From positions 3,340 through 67,339 of the IMG/VR virus record IMGVR_UViG_3300031552_000004: a stretch of DNA of 64,000 bases. One strand, given 5' to 3'. The notes beneath the pieces were generated by a model that saw only the letters and a program-made list of their open reading frames with translations, was not told the DNA's origin and searched no databases. The stretch's first letter is position 1; each line of letters starts with the position of its first letter. The position numbers and the translations under genes are program-made. The DNA is from a virus. This document shows positions 19,525-29,193 of this stretch, piece after piece.

Positions 19525-19716
19525 TATGATGCATCCTCTTTTGAAGCGTGTTCATTTTGCCCGGGAAAGCCCATCGTCCGAGATGTTTCCTTTTCACCGA
19601 TATAAACATCGCGCCCATCAATAGTCACAGTTGCGCTCTTGACTTGGTTGGCCGAAAACGTAACTCCAGACACAGTAATAGTCGCTTGATTCCCCTTTTT
19701 CGTTTTGTCCATCATG
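19524..19716 (-). CDS. Hypothetical protein
   Basis: Short ORF in the operon with RBS GAGGAGG; start approximate. Confidence 0.5.
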
Positions 19717-20407
19717 ATGCCTCCTCGGTTTGCCCCGGGCCCTTCTTGGCAACGATGATCTTCCACAGCTTGTGCTCGTTGGCCTCGTCCATCTCTACCG
19801 AATCGAATCGCTCGCGTAGGAACGCCATCATCTCCGCCAGACCCGACAAGTCATGGTCCTTCAGCACGTAGTTGTGGTATTCCACATACAACTGGCGAAT
19901 CGGTTCCCAGTTCCATATCGCATGAATCAGCTCAACCTCCGCGCCTTCCACGTCCATCTCGATGCAGTCGATCCGGTTCGCTTCCAGCAGTGCATTGATG
20001 TCGGCACATTGCACGGTGGTTTTCTGAAAGTGGGACGCCCGCTTGAACAGCGAGTGCGTTCCCTTGTTTTTGTGCGTCTCCAAGTAAAAGTCGCGGTCCC
20101 GATCGCCATTCCCGACCACGGCGAAGGGTAGCGGGTTCACGTTCCGCGCATCATTCAGCGTCAGGTTGGCAAGTAGCATGCGGTAGTTGTCCTTCTCCGG
20201 CTCGCACGCCACGACATACTCGCACTGCTTGGCTGCATAGACGCTGAACGTTCCGATGTTGGCGCCCGCATCGAGCCAACGATCCGCCGGGCGGAAGTCA
20301 CACAGTCGCCAGTGCCCAGTCTTGTACTCCTCCACGTTCTCCCAATCCAGCGTCCCATCGCGTATGCGGAACTGAGCATCGCCGGCATCGAGAATCTTCT
20401 CAGGCAT
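19712..20407 (-). CDS. FkbM-family SAM methyltransferase
   Basis: LDAGANIG.FS, EP...NY, MDVEGAE. Confidence 0.92.
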   Translation of the reverse strand: MPEKILDAGDAQFRIRDGTLDWENVEEYKTGHWRLCDFRPADRWLDAGANIGTFSVYAAKQCEYVVACEPEKDNYRMLLANLTLNDARNVNPLPFAVVGNGDRDRDFYLETHKNKGTHSLFKRASHFQKTTVQCADINALLEANRIDCIEMDVEGAEVELIHAIWNWEPIRQLYVEYHNYVLKDHDLSGLAEMMAFLRERFDSVEMDEANEHKLWKIIVAKKGPGQTEEAS

Positions 20408-21077
20408 CGTGCCTCATTTGCCGCAGGCACATCTGCATGCCCCGCGTCTCGTGGTAGTGGATGATGTAGGCATCCGAACGCGGTACGCCAAGATTGTCGT
20501 ATTGAACTGGCGTACACCAGCAATAGCGCGGGTCACAATAGCTCGCCGCATCCTCGAACCGCTTGCCATCCTGCATCCAGTACATGCGGTTCCAGACGTA
20601 TTGGTCGTAGGCCCAGCATCCATAGTCCCACGTCTCGACAAGCTGCGCACCGACGGCCCACGTCTCCAGAGAAAGCGATGCCGGTAACAGCCGTATCCCG
20701 CTGTGCATGTAGGCTGCCTTGGGGAACGCGGCATAGGGCACTCGCGCATTCGCTAGGTTGAACATGCGGAACTCGTAGGCTTCCGGCCAGGGCGTGGGCT
20801 TGACGCACAGAATATCACCGTCCGCCACCATTACGTCGTTACCCCGCCGGACGAGGCGATACACGCGGTGCCACACGTCCGCCAGCATCATGCCATAGCG
20901 GTAGTTTCGGATCTCCTTCGCCGTTCCCGCTCCGCCGCGGATCTGCCCGGTCAGGACCACGTGCTTGTCCATCCCCTGCAGGTTGCGCTCGAACGATGCG
21001 CTGCACAGATCGTGGATCTCGCCTATCGTCTCGAAGTCGCCTCCCAGGTCGAATAGGACCGTGACGAGGATGTTCAT
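20400..21077 (-). CDS. Putative nucleotide-diphospho-sugar transferase
   Basis: DGD (DxD) motif, HSG, YDQY.WN, IIHYH; glycan-cluster context. Confidence 0.55.
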   Translation of the reverse strand: MNILVTVLFDLGGDFETIGEIHDLCSASFERNLQGMDKHVVLTGQIRGGAGTAKEIRNYRYGMMLADVWHRVYRLVRRGNDVMVADGDILCVKPTPWPEAYEFRMFNLANARVPYAAFPKAAYMHSGIRLLPASLSLETWAVGAQLVETWDYGCWAYDQYVWNRMYWMQDGKRFEDAASYCDPRYCWCTPVQYDNLGVPRSDAYIIHYHETRGMQMCLRQMRHDA

Positions 21078-22321
21078 CCGCCCACCCGCAATACCGTCAC
21101 GCCTGCCTGGTCGGGAATCATGCGCCAGGGGTCCACCACGACGCTACCGGGTGGATAGGGATATACGATCAAGCTCGGATGGTTGCAGCCGATCAGGTAG
21201 ACATGCGGCGAATCTTCAAGGCTAGCCCTTGAGGATTCGATGACTGGATCCCACGTCCCGATCTTACCCCACGTCTCTTCGAGAATGGCCTTGCACAATA
21301 GCGCAGACGATCCGATCTCCAAGTTCGTGCCAGCCTTGAATGCCGTCCCCAGGATGAATGGATGTAGGCCGCGTTCTTTTGCCAACTTGGTGACGAGGTT
21401 GCACAACCATTCGGCTTGTTTCTCGCGCGCCATCGCCAAGGTGCCAAAGATGTCATAGGACAAATCTAGCTCACGCGATAGCCAGGACAAGGCAATCAGA
21501 TCACGGGGGTGGCATGCGCCCCCGTCTCCCATTCCACCGCGCATGTACATCGAAGACGTGATCCGTCGCGTTGCCAGCGCCATCGCATCCGTCACCCGAT
21601 CCGCATGGGCCCCCATCTTGTGACAGACTTCCATCACGGCATTGGCGTAGCAGATTTTGCTCGTCACGTAGGTATTGTACAGCACCTTGATCGCTTCTGC
21701 CGTCTCGTAGGTTTCCATTAAGACAGGCGCGTCTGTCATCGTCTGCCACAGTGCCGCCATCGTCTCATCTTCCAACCCGTCCCGCGTCCCGACGACGACG
21801 AATTCGGGATTCAGGTAGTCGCGCATCGCGTAGCCCATCGCCGCAAAGGCCGGGTTGTAGACCAGCATCACCCATTCTCCGCACAACGGTTCGATCTCGC
21901 GCCGGATGGTGCCGGGCAGGACCGTGCTCACCACGGCGACAGTGCGGTGACATCGCTGGATCACGCATTGTACTGCGACATCCGCCACCGCATCCATGAG
22001 GAAGGAATAGTCAAAGTCCACGCGCTCATCCGGCAGCCGGGTGATGCCTTCGTATCGCTCCTCGTGCGGTGTCTGTACGACCACGAATATGACTTCGCAT
22101 TCATGGACCATCACTTCCACCGATGCCCATTCGATGTTGGCCCGGTGGCGCAGTTCGTCAAACGTCCGCCCATCGTAGCCTTGTTCCTGCCAGGGCCACG
22201 TCTTGCAGATCACATTCTCCACTATCACGTCGTACGCCAGCACCCGGTGTCCCTTGTAGGCGAAGGATACGCCGATAGGACAACCTAGTTTACCGAACCC
22301 AACGATGCCGATGTTAGCCAT
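21074..22321 (-). CDS. UDP-glucose/GDP-mannose 6-dehydrogenase family protein
   Basis: GFGKLG, V.TP, STVLPGT, YNPAF, AEAIK..YN, GGACHPRD, AFKAGT. Confidence 0.92.
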   Translation of the reverse strand: MANIGIVGFGKLGCPIGVSFAYKGHRVLAYDVIVENVICKTWPWQEQGYDGRTFDELRHRANIEWASVEVMVHECEVIFVVVQTPHEERYEGITRLPDERVDFDYSFLMDAVADVAVQCVIQRCHRTVAVVSTVLPGTIRREIEPLCGEWVMLVYNPAFAAMGYAMRDYLNPEFVVVGTRDGLEDETMAALWQTMTDAPVLMETYETAEAIKVLYNTYVTSKICYANAVMEVCHKMGAHADRVTDAMALATRRITSSMYMRGGMGDGGACHPRDLIALSWLSRELDLSYDIFGTLAMAREKQAEWLCNLVTKLAKERGLHPFILGTAFKAGTNLEIGSSALLCKAILEETWGKIGTWDPVIESSRASLEDSPHVYLIGCNHPSLIVYPYPPGSVVVDPWRMIPDQAGVTVLRVGG

Positions 22322-22339
22322 GTCTCTCCTTTGGCGGCT

Positions 22340-22924
22340 TTAGTTCCGCCTCACGTGCGCGATCGCCTCGTCCGTCACATCCACCCCCGCAAACGCCGCC
22401 AGCCTGCCCACTTCCCCGGCGGGATCTTCCAGCAGCGTTTCATAACTGACGTGCAGGACCGGATCTTGTATGCCATACAAACTTGAGAGCAGTCCCAGGT
22501 ACGCCTCCACAGCCCAGGCCGTTGCTTCATCGCGATCATAGAACCGCCCCGGCGGGCACCGGCCCTCCATCCTGCCTCGCACGCTGCGCTCGAAGGTGCG
22601 ATGAGAGACGACAACACGCGGTTCGTGGCCCATATCGCGCAGCATGTTCAGGGACCAGGGGAACGACTTCCACAATAACGTGTTTTTTGCGCCGAATGGC
22701 CCGTCACTTCGGAAGTGCGTCAAGGCATAACGCCTGAGCGCCATCCGCTGCTTCGGTTCCGGCAAACCGAAGATGCCGTGTAGGCAAGTGTCCTCGTACA
22801 GATCGAAACCCGCCGGGTGCGTGCTCAGGTGCAAGCCCATCGAAACGCCCATCTTGTGCAGGCATCCTGCCACGCACGAAGTCCCGCTTGCACCGATTCC
22901 AGTTACCAACATCACATTAGCCAT
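22340..22924 (-). CDS. Sulfotransferase-like P-loop protein
   Basis: VTG.GASGTS.VAG.LH.MGV.MG; VSYE.LL.DP..EV.RLA.F. Confidence 0.7.
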   Translation of the reverse strand: MANVMLVTGIGASGTSCVAGCLHKMGVSMGLHLSTHPAGFDLYEDTCLHGIFGLPEPKQRMALRRYALTHFRSDGPFGAKNTLLWKSFPWSLNMLRDMGHEPRVVVSHRTFERSVRGRMEGRCPPGRFYDRDEATAWAVEAYLGLLSSLYGIQDPVLHVSYETLLEDPAGEVGRLAAFAGVDVTDEAIAHVRRN

Positions 22925-22932
22925 TATGTTGC

Positions 22933-23481
22933 CTACACAGGCCCTAGATTGGTCCATAGCCCCGTAGTTCCAGGTGCTCCAGGTTCCCACACATTGGCAG
23001 CTATCGTGCTTTCCCAGATGTATCCGTTGTGCGTCACCTGTGCGCCCAGCGCATAGGCGTCATGAGCACCTTGTGGCTGCACCCACTCGGGAATCACGCC
23101 TTCGGGCACCGTCGATGCCCACAGTGCCGGGACCACCGGCGGCGTCCAATCTGCCTGCGACCTGTGCGCCTGCACGCAGCGATAGAGCGTGCCGTCATAG
23201 CTCGCCAGATCGCCGATGACGTAGGCCGTCCCGGTTGCCCACACCGGGTAGACGGACACGAGCGCCGCCAGTTCGTCGGCAGTCAATTCCTCTTGGAGAA
23301 TGAGCGTATCCAGCATGGCGTCGCGTTTCTGTATCATAATGTACGGCTTCGCGGCGTCCACAGCGCGATACGCAAATTCCGTGACATCTTCCGGGCGCTT
23401 CTCTCGCCCCAGGATCGCTACCCATAGTTCTCGGCTGCGCTGCTGAGCCTCTTCCAATGAGTCGAACGTGATTTCTGCCAT
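22933..23481 (-). CDS. Carbohydrate-binding protein (tandem CBM5/12 chitin-binding-like modules)
   Basis: W..GTAY..GD..SYDG.LYRC.QAH.SQADW.P..VPALW; EWVQP.GAHDAY..G..V.HNG..W.S....NVWEPG. Confidence 0.85.
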   Translation of the reverse strand: MAEITFDSLEEAQQRSRELWVAILGREKRPEDVTEFAYRAVDAAKPYIMIQKRDAMLDTLILQEELTADELAALVSVYPVWATGTAYVIGDLASYDGTLYRCVQAHRSQADWTPPVVPALWASTVPEGVIPEWVQPQGAHDAYALGAQVTHNGYIWESTIAANVWEPGAPGTTGLWTNLGPV

Positions 23482-24326
23482 TAGTAGATGCTCCAGTAGC
23501 GATTGATTGCCGTCTGCATCGCCAGGCGATCTGTATCCGAGAGCGCGGGATCGAAAATGATATGTGAGACAATCGGTCCCTTCCAATGCGCGTTGATCCC
23601 AGTCGGGAAACTGCCGATTACACAGCCGTTTGGGTTCTGCGCGCCAGCATTGCCGCTCGCCTTGCTAGCACCATTGATCCAAAGCTGCGAGCTGGCACCA
23701 CTGAACAGCCCGGCCCAGATATTCCAGTTCGCGTCTGCATCGCCCGCGTCAATCGCCGCACCCGCGTAAAAGCTCCAATTGTCCGGAGAGGCCGCTGCTG
23801 CCTTGTATAGTTGCAATCTATTTACCACATCGTCCGCCGTGCTCAGCACGATGGCAATATCATTGTTGACGACGCTGGCATCCAATTGTGCTGCCGTGAA
23901 AATGCTGCACGGCTGCGACAGCGCCCCGCCGATCGTGAACGCGCCACCAAGAGAGTCATCGGTGCCATCGAATTGTGGCCCGGCGTGTCCGTTTTTGATA
24001 CTCGCCACGTAGAGCGGCTGGCTGCCCGCCACAGCCATCGTCACGTCGTCGCCTGCCGGTGCCTGGTCGTAGACTGTGACAACATAGCTGGCCCCGCCTG
24101 CCCACGCTGCGATAGCTGCCACGTCCAGGTTGCCATCGCCATCGTAACCAAAGTCGGCCTCGGCGTTGTCGCTGGCACGGCGCAGCCGCACGAGCGCCCC
24201 GGTATAGCTACTCAGCACCCGCCTCGCCGGCTCGTAGGCGTGGACGATGGAAGCAGCGAAGGCGTCGTAGGCGGGTTGTTTTCCTTTGCCATCCATCAAT
24301 CGCAGTCGCATTTGCAGTTTATCCAT
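23481..24326 (-). CDS. Concanavalin/LamG-like lectin with arabinofuranosidase-B-like N-terminus
   Basis: RR..SSYTGALVRLRRASDNAEADFG...V..YDQ, FDGTDD.L. Confidence 0.65.
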   Translation of the reverse strand: MDKLQMRLRLMDGKGKQPAYDAFAASIVHAYEPARRVLSSYTGALVRLRRASDNAEADFGYDGDGNLDVAAIAAWAGGASYVVTVYDQAPAGDDVTMAVAGSQPLYVASIKNGHAGPQFDGTDDSLGGAFTIGGALSQPCSIFTAAQLDASVVNNDIAIVLSTADDVVNRLQLYKAAAASPDNWSFYAGAAIDAGDADANWNIWAGLFSGASSQLWINGASKASGNAGAQNPNGCVIGSFPTGINAHWKGPIVSHIIFDPALSDTDRLAMQTAINRYWSIY

Positions 24327-24364
24327 CCCGCCGCCTCTCAGATAACACAATCATCCTTCGCACC

Positions 24365-24772
24365 TCAGAACGATGTCACGAACTGCGCATCAGACACGTA
24401 GGTTGCGCTACCGGCACCGATCTGACCCTGTAACTTTACGAACGGCGTCGTTCCCCACAGCGGCCAGTTGAGTGCGATATTCTGGTCTGCGTCCGTGCCA
24501 AGCTGGTAGATCAGATCATTCACGGCGATCGTGCCCGTCCCCGCCTCGTAGGATCCTATGCCGAACGCGGATCCAGCCGAATCGTACAATCCCAGCAACC
24601 GGAAACGGCAGGCCGTACCCGCATGGATCTGCACGCGCAGGAACGAGGTGATCATCGTCGCACCGCCGACCTTGACCGCCGTCCCGATGTCGCGCCATGC
24701 CGTGCCCAGCGTCCGCGTCCCGATGTCTCGCGGCCCTTGCCAACGCCCGTTGAAGTCTAACCGTCTCGTCAT
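24365..24772 (-). CDS. Hypothetical beta-rich virion protein
   Basis: ORF with RBS in the fibre block. Confidence 0.6.
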   Translation of the reverse strand: MTRRLDFNGRWQGPRDIGTRTLGTAWRDIGTAVKVGGATMITSFLRVQIHAGTACRFRLLGLYDSAGSAFGIGSYEAGTGTIAVNDLIYQLGTDADQNIALNWPLWGTTPFVKLQGQIGAGSATYVSDAQFVTSF

Positions 24773-24781
24773 GGTATCCTC

Positions 24782-25093
24782 CTATTCTTCCCTGCCGGCC
24801 CAGGTCAGCGTCTTGCTGCACTTCCGACCCGCCGCCGTCGTGATCTGGCACGTGATGTTGTAGTTGACTCCGGCTTGTGCGACAGACACCCATGCTGTGA
24901 CAACGGTGTTCGCCGGGTGTGACACGCCATCAATGGTCTTCGCCGCCGCGTTGACGGACGATGAATCCACCGTGATCCCATCGTCCGCCGTGAGCGTGAA
25001 CGAGCTGATCGTGTCGCCCGAAGGCAGCCAGTCCTTGAAGGCCCAGTTGTAATCCTTCAAGTCGTCTGGATCGATGTCAAATGAACGCGGCAT
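24782..25093 (-). CDS. Head-fibre adaptor-like protein
   Basis: DPD..DY...F..WL..GDTISS...TAW.S....G.Y.ITC.ITT..GR motif. Confidence 0.6.
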   Translation of the reverse strand: MPRSFDIDPDDLKDYNWAFKDWLPSGDTISSFTLTADDGITVDSSSVNAAAKTIDGVSHPANTVVTAWVSVAQAGVNYNITCQITTAAGRKCSKTLTWAGREE

Positions 25094-25103
25094 AGCCGCC
25101 TCC

Positions 25104-25859
25104 TTACGCGGTCCCAGCCGAGAGCGTGAGCGTTACCGTGAGCGAGTCACCATCAGCCAGCGAGCGATCTCCGCCGGTGAACGCAGCCACACCGTACATC
25201 GTCCCGTTCGTGCTGCCGCCCTTGGCCGTCCCGCCGTCGCCGCTGATCAGGAACGCTCCGCCGACGGTGACAGCAGTAGAAATGCTGAACGTCCCCTTAC
25301 TGGCAGTGTTGCTCACGCTCTGGCTCGACACAGCCCCGAGCGTCAACGTCTGCCGGTACGTTTCGCTGTACCCGGTGACTTCCGTCCAGCCACCGTGCGA
25401 TGCAATGGTGTCCGCAGCCGCACCCGTTGGCGTTCCATCCGTCAGGCCGATGTACCACGCAGCGGTGTAGGACGAACCGAGAAAGTGGACGTTGAGCGAA
25501 TGATCCAGCCCCTCGTTCACGACGATGTTGTGGCACACATCCATCCACATCGGCTGCGGGCGAAGTCGCTCCACCATCTCGCGACCCAGCGTCTTGCCGA
25601 TTTCATGCAATGGCACGCACGCTACGCCGTCACGCTGCACGGTACGCAGTCTCAGCGCCTTGTCCCCCGCCGCTTCCACGACCTGGGCCAGTGGGACGGG
25701 ACTATACGCCCATATTGCGTATTCCGTTGCACGCCGTTCCCGCATGCTTGCGCGTGGCCTACTCACCACGCCGGCCTGGGTGCCCATTCCTTCCGTCCGA
25801 TGCTCGGTAATGGGCTTCGCCATCCTTCTCAATGCTGCCAGAAATTCGCTTGCCTTCAC
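25104..25859 (-). CDS. Fibre-associated structural protein
   Basis: HNIVVNEGL, WYIGL, GDSLTVT motifs; AGGAGG RBS before GTG 25859. Confidence 0.6.
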   Translation of the reverse strand: MKASEFLAALRRMAKPITEHRTEGMGTQAGVVSRPRASMRERRATEYAIWAYSPVPLAQVVEAAGDKALRLRTVQRDGVACVPLHEIGKTLGREMVERLRPQPMWMDVCHNIVVNEGLDHSLNVHFLGSSYTAAWYIGLTDGTPTGAAADTIASHGGWTEVTGYSETYRQTLTLGAVSSQSVSNTASKGTFSISTAVTVGGAFLISGDGGTAKGGSTNGTMYGVAAFTGGDRSLADGDSLTVTLTLSAGTA

Positions 25860-25869
25860 GGTGATCCTC

Positions 25870-27657
25870 CTATGATTCATGTGTCCGAATCTCCGCCGGG
25901 ACAACATACGTTCTGCTTTCCGACGGCGCCTCGTACGTTCGATCTTCCGCCGGCACGAGATAGGTTCGCGCCGCCGTCGTGACAATGACGCCCAAAGTGG
26001 ATGAAAGCGTTATCGCTTCCACTACATCCAGTGACAGCCCCGCTTCCGCAATGGCCGCCGCTACGAGCGCGATCGCACGTTCTTCCGTGAGGGCAAGCGT
26101 TCCCTCTGCTGTTGCTATTCCACCTGCCGCGACGTCGCGGCTTTCCTCCAATGCGAAAATGACGTTGATCGCTCGCTGCGAACTTGACGCCAGCGATTGC
26201 GCGATGCCCAGGGCCAGCGATACGTCGAACTCCTGCCCCGTCGAAGCGTCGATCGCGCGTACCAGATCCAACACAATCGCCGCATCCGACACGGCGACGG
26301 CAGACGCTTCGATGCCTTCCGCTCGTAACAGCGACACAGCCGCTGATACGTCCGCTTGGCCCGCCACGGCGAACCCCAGCGACCGTGCCAATGTCAGCGA
26401 TACTTCGATCAGCCCCGTCAGCGAGCTTGCCGTGAATGAATGCGTTCGCGCCAGGGACAGAATGGCCTGCCCTGCTGCCGTAGCTAACGCAGATAGCCCT
26501 TCCGTTTCCAGCATCGATAGCAGGGCCACGGCTTGTGCTTGCACCGTCGCGTCCACAGACTCCGAGCGTGCCAACGACAGAGCCACGTCGATGACTGCCA
26601 GTAACGAGCTGATCGTGATGCCGTGCGTCTGTTGCAATGCGATCTGTGCGTCCGCTACCGCCAAGGCTACAAATGCGGCTTCCTCCACCCTCGATAGATC
26701 GATGGTGGCCGCCGACAGCGCCTGCATCACAGCTTGCAAAGCAGCGGTCCTACCCAGCGACAGGCCAAGTGCAATCTCCAGCGCAGCAGTAGCAGACAAT
26801 CCGCCAATTCGTAACAACGTTTCCTGTGCGTCCGCTAGGGCTTGTATCACCGGCGTGAGCATCTCATTTTGCTCTAAGGATGCCGCCGTCACAGCCGATG
26901 CTGTCCCAACGGACTGCAAATTCCTGCCTTCTGCGAGCGTCAACGCCTCGTCATAGGTCGCCCCGCCCGCCGCCGTGCCCAGTCCCACATGCACCGGCGC
27001 AACCCCAAACACCTTGCCCGGTTGGTCCGTCCAGGTTGGGGCGTTCACCGGCGTCATGTCGTAGCCGCCCACGATGTCCTGGTCGGTGCGAACTAGCGTC
27101 CAGTAGTCGACGAGCGATTGCGGGCGAATCATTCGCGGATCCGCACCGGCGGCCAGGGCGGCTATTTCTACGGCATTAAGCTCGACGTTCCACAAGCCAA
27201 AGTGAGAAACTGCACCATCTAGCGTATCTCGCGGCGCACCATTTCGCACACGGCCTGAAATGGAAACTGTATCAATGCCGCTTGGTTGAACGTTGGTTGT
27301 TTCTTCGATGCTTGGACTGCCCTGATAGTAGCAGTAGCGAGATGAACTGGACGCCTCTACATACGCGACATGGAACGGCTGTCCAGTGGGCCATTCCACG
27401 GCAACCTGTGCATACGCCTGCGCTGCGGGGTCAAACGCCAATGCGCGAACAGCCGACGCAACGCCCCCACCAGCATATAATCCCAGAATGTAGAAGTTGT
27501 TCGTCGTGCTGGCGTCGCTGAGTGCCAGCACGTTCATCGTGTTGGCAGCAATGGACGTTGGATTCACCCAGCACGCCATCGTGAACGGCGGCCCAGTTAC
27601 TACCGTACTCGTAACGTATATTTGCTGGGTTGATGCCTGAACGAACAGTCGCGCCAC
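25870..27657 (-). CDS. Putative head fibre: LamG-like N-terminal domain plus repetitive Ala/Ser/Leu shaft
   Basis: FT.ACWV, G.VSHFGLWN.EL.A.EI..LA (LamG); repetitive stalk; C-terminal RTY.VPAE.R repeats. Confidence 0.65.
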   Translation of the reverse strand: MARLFVQASTQQIYVTSTVVTGPPFTMACWVNPTSIAANTMNVLALSDASTTNNFYILGLYAGGGVASAVRALAFDPAAQAYAQVAVEWPTGQPFHVAYVEASSSSRYCYYQGSPSIEETTNVQPSGIDTVSISGRVRNGAPRDTLDGAVSHFGLWNVELNAVEIAALAAGADPRMIRPQSLVDYWTLVRTDQDIVGGYDMTPVNAPTWTDQPGKVFGVAPVHVGLGTAAGGATYDEALTLAEGRNLQSVGTASAVTAASLEQNEMLTPVIQALADAQETLLRIGGLSATAALEIALGLSLGRTAALQAVMQALSAATIDLSRVEEAAFVALAVADAQIALQQTHGITISSLLAVIDVALSLARSESVDATVQAQAVALLSMLETEGLSALATAAGQAILSLARTHSFTASSLTGLIEVSLTLARSLGFAVAGQADVSAAVSLLRAEGIEASAVAVSDAAIVLDLVRAIDASTGQEFDVSLALGIAQSLASSSQRAINVIFALEESRDVAAGGIATAEGTLALTEERAIALVAAAIAEAGLSLDVVEAITLSSTLGVIVTTAARTYLVPAEDRTYEAPSESRTYVVPAEIRTHES

Positions 27658-27667
27658 GCGCTATCTC

Positions 27668-28162
27668 CTACGACTCGCGTATCTCGATAGGCCCAAACTC
27701 GGCATCACCTGTTGCGTCATCGTCGCCGTGGCTGACATTGCGTTCGATGTATAGCCGGAAGCGGTCGCCTGCGCCGACGTTATCCATCTGTGCACCATCA
27801 GTAAACGACACGGTGACGACCGTCTCCACGCCGAGCGTGGTACTAGGATTGCCGGTGGCCTCCTGTGCAGATGCAAAACTGTCGCTATCGAGATCCTGTG
27901 CGCTGTCATCCTCAAGCGCCACTGCAACACGCACACCATGCGCATCATTGTTGTCGGCGCTCATGCTGAAATGCACCAGCACATCTATGCCGCCGCCGTC
28001 GTAGTGCTGTGGCATAATCCCTGACACCACACGCCGTTCTGCTGTCGCCGCATCTGCGTCGTACACCGGATGCTGATTGCGCGTGTCATACGTCATTGGG
28101 TTGGAGGCTGGCGGTTCATTCGCTTGACCAGCCCATTCGAGCAGCGTATTTCCGCTTGCCAT
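27668..28162 (-). CDS. Hypothetical beta-rich structural protein
   Basis: Acidic 164-aa ORF abutting its neighbours. Confidence 0.6.
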   Translation of the reverse strand: MASGNTLLEWAGQANEPPASNPMTYDTRNQHPVYDADAATAERRVVSGIMPQHYDGGGIDVLVHFSMSADNNDAHGVRVAVALEDDSAQDLDSDSFASAQEATGNPSTTLGVETVVTVSFTDGAQMDNVGAGDRFRLYIERNVSHGDDDATGDAEFGPIEIRES

Positions 28163-28473
28163 CAGTCCACCTCCTGGCCCAAGACTCTGACCAGCAGCGA
28201 CTTCAGCCCCGGCGTATACCGCATTATCAGCACGCAGATCAGGAGCAGCGCCTTGATATTTGCAGGAGCCTGCGTTCTAACTGGCTCAGGCAATGCGCTC
28301 ACATAACTGGGTGCAGCGGCCTCTGCCCAGTTGTCTGCCGCGACTATAGCCTGATACCACTCTGTCTTGCTTGGTTGAAGGTAGCTCGGCTTTTCGTCAC
28401 GATATTGCTTGCTCAACCAGCGCATCAATCCGCGCCAGATGCGCTGCCTATCCGTTGCGTCCAATACTGCCAT
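28162..28473 (-). CDS. Hypothetical protein
   Basis: AGGAGG RBS before ATG 28473. Confidence 0.6.
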   Translation of the reverse strand: MAVLDATDRQRIWRGLMRWLSKQYRDEKPSYLQPSKTEWYQAIVAADNWAEAAAPSYVSALPEPVRTQAPANIKALLLICVLIMRYTPGLKSLLVRVLGQEVD

Positions 28474-28523
28474 TGTTGTCCTCCTATTGTCTCCTTCTGC
28501 CCCCTCACCGTGGGGGCGGTTCA

Positions 28524-28940
28524 TCAATCCGCCGGTTGTGGCGGATACGACGTGCTCGTCGGGTATGGTGTTGGCGACGGGATTAATGTATTGGTCGGTA
28601 CTGCCGTGAGTGTTGGTAACGCCGTCGGTGGGATGTCCGGCTCACACGTCTCTGTCGGTCTGCACGTTGGGACTGGCATCGGTGTGTAGGTCGGCTGTAT
28701 CGCGTATGGTTCCTCCGGCACGTACTGCGTCGCCGTGGGATATGGCTCTTGCGGTGGATACTGAATGGGCGAGCAGTCGGGACTATGTGGGCACACGTCG
28801 TACCAATGCGCCGGCGTGTTCACCGGGCTCTGCGCGAACGTGACGAAATCGGGACGCAGCAGCAATCCACCCGACAGGCCCAGCATCGCCAGGCCGGTCA
28901 ACACCAGCAGCCACAGCAGTTGCACATATTCTCGTTTCAC
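28524..28940 (-). CDS. Membrane-anchored Pro/Thr-rich protein
   Basis: N-terminal hydrophobic helix then PTxTP repeats. Confidence 0.6.
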   Translation of the reverse strand: MKREYVQLLWLLVLTGLAMLGLSGGLLLRPDFVTFAQSPVNTPAHWYDVCPHSPDCSPIQYPPQEPYPTATQYVPEEPYAIQPTYTPMPVPTCRPTETCEPDIPPTALPTLTAVPTNTLIPSPTPYPTSTSYPPQPAD

Positions 28941-28941
28941 G

Positions 28942-29193
28942 TCATCCTCCCGTCAGTTCAGGCTCGCCCATCTCCCGCCACCACCGCCGGATCTGTGCCG
29001 TGCGCGGTGGTCGCCCAAGATCGCCATAGCCGTCCTCCCGTTCCAGATCGTCCACCAGCGACAGGAGCATCGCCCTGCGGCGCTCGTTGCTCGCCTCCTG
29101 GCACGTTCGGAGCTCCACCAGCAGCCCATAGATGCTGGCCGTGCCCGGCGCACCTCCATTGTTTTGCAGCGTTAGTTCCGCAACCATCGTCAT
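28942..29193 (-). CDS. Hypothetical protein
   Basis: ORF with RBS, overlaps the upstream stop codon. Confidence 0.55.
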   Translation of the reverse strand: MTMVAELTLQNNGGAPGTASIYGLLVELRTCQEASNERRRAMLLSLVDDLEREDGYGDLGRPPRTAQIRRWWREMGEPELTGG

